64,000 nucleotides of DNA from Candidatus Latescibacterota bacterium. GTDB lineage: Bacteria > Latescibacterota > UBA2968 > UBA8231. Below the pieces are notes generated by a model, which was not told the DNA's origin, did no database searches, and saw only the letters and a program-made list of their open reading frames with translations. The stretch covers positions 480,001 to 544,000 of the forward strand of contig CBDAOB010000005.1 of assembly GCA_965197905.1 (NCBI GenBank). The letters are read 5' to 3'. Positions 59,528 through 64,000 of the stretch are shown in pieces. The position numbers and the translations under genes were made by a program. Positions within the stretch are counted from its first letter, which is position 1, and every line of letters starts with the position of its first letter.

Positions 59528-59686
59528 CTTCACAGATATACTTTTAGTTTTTCAGGCGCAAACATATACAACCTGATGGAAGGAGGTGAAAAAGCAAAGA
59601 GATTGAACGACGAGTTTTTGTTTGAAACGCCTGAACTTTAAATTCGCGTGGTTAAGTCGCACGTACCTTATGGAGGAAACCACAGC

Positions 59687-61624
59687 ATGAAGTTGCAAAA
59701 AATCTTGGTGCTAACATTGGCTGTAACCTTTGTGGCCGTCGGCTCCGGGTTCGCGCAGGAGCTTACCGGTCTCCCGGCACAGCCCAGTTTCGAAGGCGTG
59801 TATTACAAGCCCACCAGCGTTGATATCAATCCGCTGATCATCACCACTCAGGACATCAGCTGGGATGGTAGCGGCAGTGTGGATTTCAATTTTAATTTGA
59901 ACCAGCGCGCTCGCGTCTGGGTTGCCGTCTATCGCAAGGGCAGCACCGAGACCGGCGAACGTGGTCCATTCGGTGCCTGGCTGCGCTTGCAGCCCCAGGA
60001 TCTCTACATCTGGAGCAGTCCCACCAACACCGGCCACGATATGGAGTCCGGCAACAACACGATCACCTGGGACGGCAATGATTTCGAAGGCAACGCCGCC
60101 GGTGCCGGAAGCTACGAGTTCGACATCATCGGTTGGAACGTTCTCGATCCATCCTCCCTCGCCGGGGTTATGGGCCGAGGTTTTGGCGATAACATCCTCG
60201 ATGTGCGCTACGACCCACCCGAAGTCTGGAGCCAGGAGTACGATCGCGATGCGCCGCAGTACGGCGGGCACAAAATAGGTGACATCATGCATAGCACCCT
60301 GGGTGACGATTTCATATCCAATCCGAACGCCTGGGAGCGCTGGGACTACAACAGCGTCGTAGATTTCGAGGGTGCCCAAACCTTGAGCGGCATGCGCGCC
60401 GATCCCGAGGATTTAGACAACTTCTACACCAGCAATCGTTCTGGCGAGCAGGCCGGTATCTACAACATGACCATCAACCGCGCCGCCAAGGCGTGGGATA
60501 GGAACACGGACTGGGCCGATAACGGTTTTGCCGCCGTCGCCGATCCTCAGATCCGAATGTATCAGATGGAAATCTATAACGACATGATCATAAATCCGAA
60601 CTGGAGCACTGCCGACGTACCCGCCAGCTCCATTGAGGTTTTCGACAAAGCCTCCGGTGAAGTCACCCAGCAGTTCGACATCGCCGAGTGGTTCACGAAC
60701 GTTGGTGTCGACGATGAAGGCAACGAGACGTTGGGCGCCGGCGGACCCGGCAACCTCTCCGCCGACGAGTCCGGTATCTGGACCTCGGGTTGGGCCTCGA
60801 CCAATCTGGTCAAGCTCGACTGGGACGGCAACATCATCTTCGTCAACCGCGCTGGCGATCTGGTCGGCGACCGCGTGACTTACGAGACGGCGGCGGAGAC
60901 CGGTCTGACCCCAGAATCTTCCTACCCGATTCGTTTCAACAGCGACATCAACGGCAACTCTGCGATATTCAGCCCGCGGCACAACTCGCTGGGTAATGTC
61001 TACTCTGCTGTGGGTCGCGACGGCACGGGGCTTTATCATATTTTCGTAGATGCGGCAACGGTCGTACCCAAGAATACGGGCAGCGGAACGTATATATGCA
61101 TGATCCAGAACGACGGCTACAGGACAGGCGGAACTCCGTTGCGGGGAGCGGGCTACGGCAGCCGCGGCAAGTGGGACGGACTCTACACAGAATCCGAGGT
61201 TGAGCTCCTCACATTAGAACCAGGGCAAGCCACGGAAACGAAGTTTGGTCCGAAGGCAATGTTCTTCTTGCCCTACGACGCGGTTGAGGGTAAGCTGGGC
61301 ACTGGCGTGACCGCCGTCGAAGAGGTGGAGAGCGCCGGAACGCCGGACAGCTATTCGCTGAGCGATGCCTACCCGAACCCGTTCAATCCCGAGACCACCA
61401 TCGAGTTCGGCCTGCCGACCGATGGTTACGTCAAGGTTGACGTTTACAACACAGCCGGTCAGTTGGTCAACAGCCTGGTGGACAAGGACCTCTCCGCCGG
61501 CGCTTATAAGACCACCTGGGATGCTATGACTGAGGAGGGCCAGCAGGTCTCCAGCGGTGTCTATTTCTACAGAATGGAAGCCGGTGATTTCACCGACACC
61601 CGTTCCATGACGCTGCTGAAGTAA
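59687..61624 (+). CDS. Secreted protein, paralog of 49737, with T9SS type A/FlgD-type C-terminal domain
   Basis: GGAGG RBS, then MKLQK... signal peptide ending FAQE; AYPNPFNPETTI.F...SGVYFYRM.AG.FT.TR.MTLLK. Confidence 0.85.
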   Translation: MKLQKILVLTLAVTFVAVGSGFAQELTGLPAQPSFEGVYYKPTSVDINPLIITTQDISWDGSGSVDFNFNLNQRARVWVAVYRKGSTETGERGPFGAWLRLQPQDLYIWSSPTNTGHDMESGNNTITWDGNDFEGNAAGAGSYEFDIIGWNVLDPSSLAGVMGRGFGDNILDVRYDPPEVWSQEYDRDAPQYGGHKIGDIMHSTLGDDFISNPNAWERWDYNSVVDFEGAQTLSGMRADPEDLDNFYTSNRSGEQAGIYNMTINRAAKAWDRNTDWADNGFAAVADPQIRMYQMEIYNDMIINPNWSTADVPASSIEVFDKASGEVTQQFDIAEWFTNVGVDDEGNETLGAGGPGNLSADESGIWTSGWASTNLVKLDWDGNIIFVNRAGDLVGDRVTYETAAETGLTPESSYPIRFNSDINGNSAIFSPRHNSLGNVYSAVGRDGTGLYHIFVDAATVVPKNTGSGTYICMIQNDGYRTGGTPLRGAGYGSRGKWDGLYTESEVELLTLEPGQATETKFGPKAMFFLPYDAVEGKLGTGVTAVEEVESAGTPDSYSLSDAYPNPFNPETTIEFGLPTDGYVKVDVYNTAGQLVNSLVDKDLSAGAYKTTWDAMTEEGQQVSSGVYFYRMEAGDFTDTRSMTLLK

Positions 61625-61649
61625 GCCTTACCTTTTTCACAGTTTCGCG

Positions 61650-61691
61650 CTACAGGGGTGGATTCGCAGAATCCACCCCTGTAGTTTTTTT
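61650..61691 (+). terminator. Strong intrinsic terminator
   Basis: Perfect 16-bp stem CTACAGGGGTGGATTC/GAATCCACCCCTGTAG, 3-nt loop, T7 tail. Confidence 0.92.
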
Positions 61692-61951
61692 ATGCCTATT
61701 CTGATGTGAACTTCGGGCAAGTCGAATCCAGCCAGACTTGCTCAAACCTTTCATCTCGCGTCGATGAACGACCCATCTCCATGGAATTTCCTAACCTCCG
61801 GCCTGGGGATCGGCTACGTCGATACGCCAGGCGAAAACTCCTCCGTTTGAAACGATCGCCGGCGCGCACGGGTGTGGCCGCTGCCCTGTCGACTGCCCGT
61901 GATGCCACTGAACCATCCTTGCACGGCCCTCGTGGCGGTACGACCAGGTAG

Positions 61952-63925
61952 ATGAATCCACAGAATTTCGAATTCGACCAAGAGCCAGCGCCCTCGCGCA
62001 TCACCGTTCGGGCTCTCCTTCTGGGCCTGGCGACGATCCTGGCGACCTTCTACTACGTTATCCAGATAGCCCAGCGGCAGGGTTCCGGGACGTATGTGCA
62101 AGCCCAGTACCCCATGGCAGCCTTCATGCCGTTCGTGGCCTGGCTGTTTCTAAATATCCTGCTGAAAATGGCCTGCCCGCGTTTCGCCCTCAAGCGGGGT
62201 GAGATGCTGACCCTCTTTGCCATGACCTGGGTAGTGGCCACCATACCGGCATGGATCGGTCCATGGGTTTCAATATTATCCTCCCCGGCCCAGTTTGCCA
62301 CCGCCGAAAACCAGTGGGCAGTTACCATCTTCGGCCATCTGCCGTGGCATCTGTTCCCGGCAGCGACATCCCATGTCATCGATCACCTCTGGTACGGACT
62401 GCCTCCGGGGATGTCCGTTCCTTGGGGCGAATGGATCTGGATCATTGCGGCCTGGCTCGGAGCCGCGGTTGCGGTGGTGATCTTCGGGTTCTGCCTCTTC
62501 ATCCTGTTCCAGAAGCAGTGGCAGGAGGCGGAGAAGCTCACCTATCCCCTGGCCCAGATGCCGCTGGACCTCACCGCGGGATTCGACGGGCCCCGCAGCC
62601 TCCCGCAGACCTTCCGGACGAAAACCTTTTGGATCGGGTTCGGGGTTGTTTTTGCGCCCCAACTATACAACATAGCCACCTATTTCTCGCCCGGTCTGCC
62701 CGCAATCGGGCTGTTCTGGACCTATTACATGTTTCAATTCGAAGACGGGTTGTTCACCGGTTACATTCGCGTAATGCCGTTGATGTTGATGGTGATCTAT
62801 CTGTGCCCGGTAGACATTCTCGGCAGTATGGTTCTGTTCCACTGGATCGCCTTCTTCAAAGGTGCTGCAATGACGCGCTTCGGCACGCCGGATCTCGGGT
62901 TTTCCGGGGTGAGCGCCGCCGGCCGTTTCAGCGAGGGACAGCTAATATTGAAGACCGAGAGCCACGGTGCTCTGGTTTTCCTTTTCGTATGGTCGCTCTG
63001 GATAGCACGCCAGCATCTGCGATCTGTGTGGGTGCAGGTTCGCACCGGAAAAGGGGACCTCAGCGAGGTTGCCCTGTACCGGGTTGCCACTATCGGCATG
63101 CTGGTATCTGCTGCCGGCGTGATTCTCTTCGCCGCATACATGGGGGTGAGCGTCCCGCTGGCCATGGGTGTATTCGGACTGATGGTGATCGCCTACTTCA
63201 TGACCGTAAAGCTATTGGCGGCCAGCGGCATCGCTTACATATATCCGGATCGCCCGTACATGAAAGGAGAGTCTTTCTTCACCGAATTAATCGGATCCAT
63301 CTACATCTCACCACAGAGGCTGGTGCCCTTCAAGATCTTCACCAGCTACCTCTTCTTCGGGCATTTCACCATCCCCGCGTGGCCCGCAATGGGACACCTG
63401 TCCCGGATCTTCTCCTTCCGAAAGCAGTTGGGATGGGTAGTGGCAGTGGTATTTTGCGCCTTTCCACTCGGATTCATCGTCGCAGCATGGGCGATACTCG
63501 ATCTCTCCTATGACGAGGGAGGGACCCTGTTTCTCGGCGAACGCCACACTTGGTTCTTCGACGGAATCACCTACCTCGTGCAAAACCCGGTCGTTCCCAA
63601 TCTGGGGAAATGGCTGCTGTGGGTCGGCGGTTTTGCCGAGGCCGGGCTCATAACCCTGCTGCGGGCACGACTCCACTGGTTCTCGATTCACCCCATCGGG
63701 CTGATTTTCCAAAGCACCCACGCGGCCTGGTGGTACTGGATCAATTTCCTGTTGATCTGGATCATCAAAATGACCTTGCTGCGCTACGGTGGGGTCAGGG
63801 CCTACCTGGCGGGAAAGCCGTTTTTTTACGGACTTGGCATCGGCTATGTGGTCGGCGTGATCCTCTCCACCTTCGTGGATACGATCTGGTTTCCCTCGGC
63901 GGGTCACCGGGTGCACTGGTGGTAA
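61952..63925 (+). CDS. DUF6785/DUF6784-like membrane protein, copy 5
   Basis: Collinear with 26321 and 30212 (QYP..AFMPFV.WLFLN, QKQW...EKL.YPLAQMP.DLT.GFDG, HPIG, GH.VH.W). Confidence 0.78.
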   Translation: MNPQNFEFDQEPAPSRITVRALLLGLATILATFYYVIQIAQRQGSGTYVQAQYPMAAFMPFVAWLFLNILLKMACPRFALKRGEMLTLFAMTWVVATIPAWIGPWVSILSSPAQFATAENQWAVTIFGHLPWHLFPAATSHVIDHLWYGLPPGMSVPWGEWIWIIAAWLGAAVAVVIFGFCLFILFQKQWQEAEKLTYPLAQMPLDLTAGFDGPRSLPQTFRTKTFWIGFGVVFAPQLYNIATYFSPGLPAIGLFWTYYMFQFEDGLFTGYIRVMPLMLMVIYLCPVDILGSMVLFHWIAFFKGAAMTRFGTPDLGFSGVSAAGRFSEGQLILKTESHGALVFLFVWSLWIARQHLRSVWVQVRTGKGDLSEVALYRVATIGMLVSAAGVILFAAYMGVSVPLAMGVFGLMVIAYFMTVKLLAASGIAYIYPDRPYMKGESFFTELIGSIYISPQRLVPFKIFTSYLFFGHFTIPAWPAMGHLSRIFSFRKQLGWVVAVVFCAFPLGFIVAAWAILDLSYDEGGTLFLGERHTWFFDGITYLVQNPVVPNLGKWLLWVGGFAEAGLITLLRARLHWFSIHPIGLIFQSTHAAWWYWINFLLIWIIKMTLLRYGGVRAYLAGKPFFYGLGIGYVVGVILSTFVDTIWFPSAGHRVHWW

Positions 63926-64000
63926 CGGCGAAGGTGTGGTTCTTTTAGGTTTTCCGAGATTCGTTTCGTATATTTCCCCGAATATGGCCGCAACCTGAAT

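Noticed and set aside
61696..61951. Short ORFs between the terminator and the last transporter gene
   Set aside because: No RBS, motif or paralog support on either strand.

Overview
GC-rich bacterial DNA in the standard genetic code. The gene content (T9SS/FlgD-type C-terminal domains, CRTAC1, DUF4159, DUF6785-type membrane proteins, sulfatase and propeller hydrolase expansions) suggests an FCB-group lineage such as Latescibacterota or Gemmatimonadota; this is inference only. No rRNA, clear tRNA, CRISPR array, transposase, integrase or reverse transcriptase was seen. The window is dominated by a repeated, apparently uncharacterised cell-envelope gene set: (i) seven copies or remnants of a ~920-990 aa secreted protein ('family A') with a conserved Asp/Asn-rich, probably Ca-binding insertion and amphipathic beta-strands; (ii) five DUF6785/DUF6784-like polytopic membrane proteins plus one OPT-like transporter carrying a CCCH zinc-finger motif and a large soluble insertion; (iii) a 1,500 aa fusion of a catalytically degenerate M28 peptidase to an FtsX/MacB-type permease, with no ATPase nearby; (iv) a giant TPR protein, a membrane-anchored DUF4159 protein and a lipoprotein with a TonB/AgmX-like C-terminus; (v) two paralogous secreted proteins with T9SS/FlgD-type tails. 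These alternate with catabolic enzyme clusters (GH32-like propellers, esterase, GH95, phosphonate-monoester-hydrolase-like sulfatase, DHDPS-family aldolase, and a DegT/PIG-L/MDR/cyclase operon). Duplication and microhomology deletion scars, a chimeric pseudogene, three single-base frameshifts and a structured intergenic RNA candidate are also visible. All family calls come from motif recognition by eye, not database searches.
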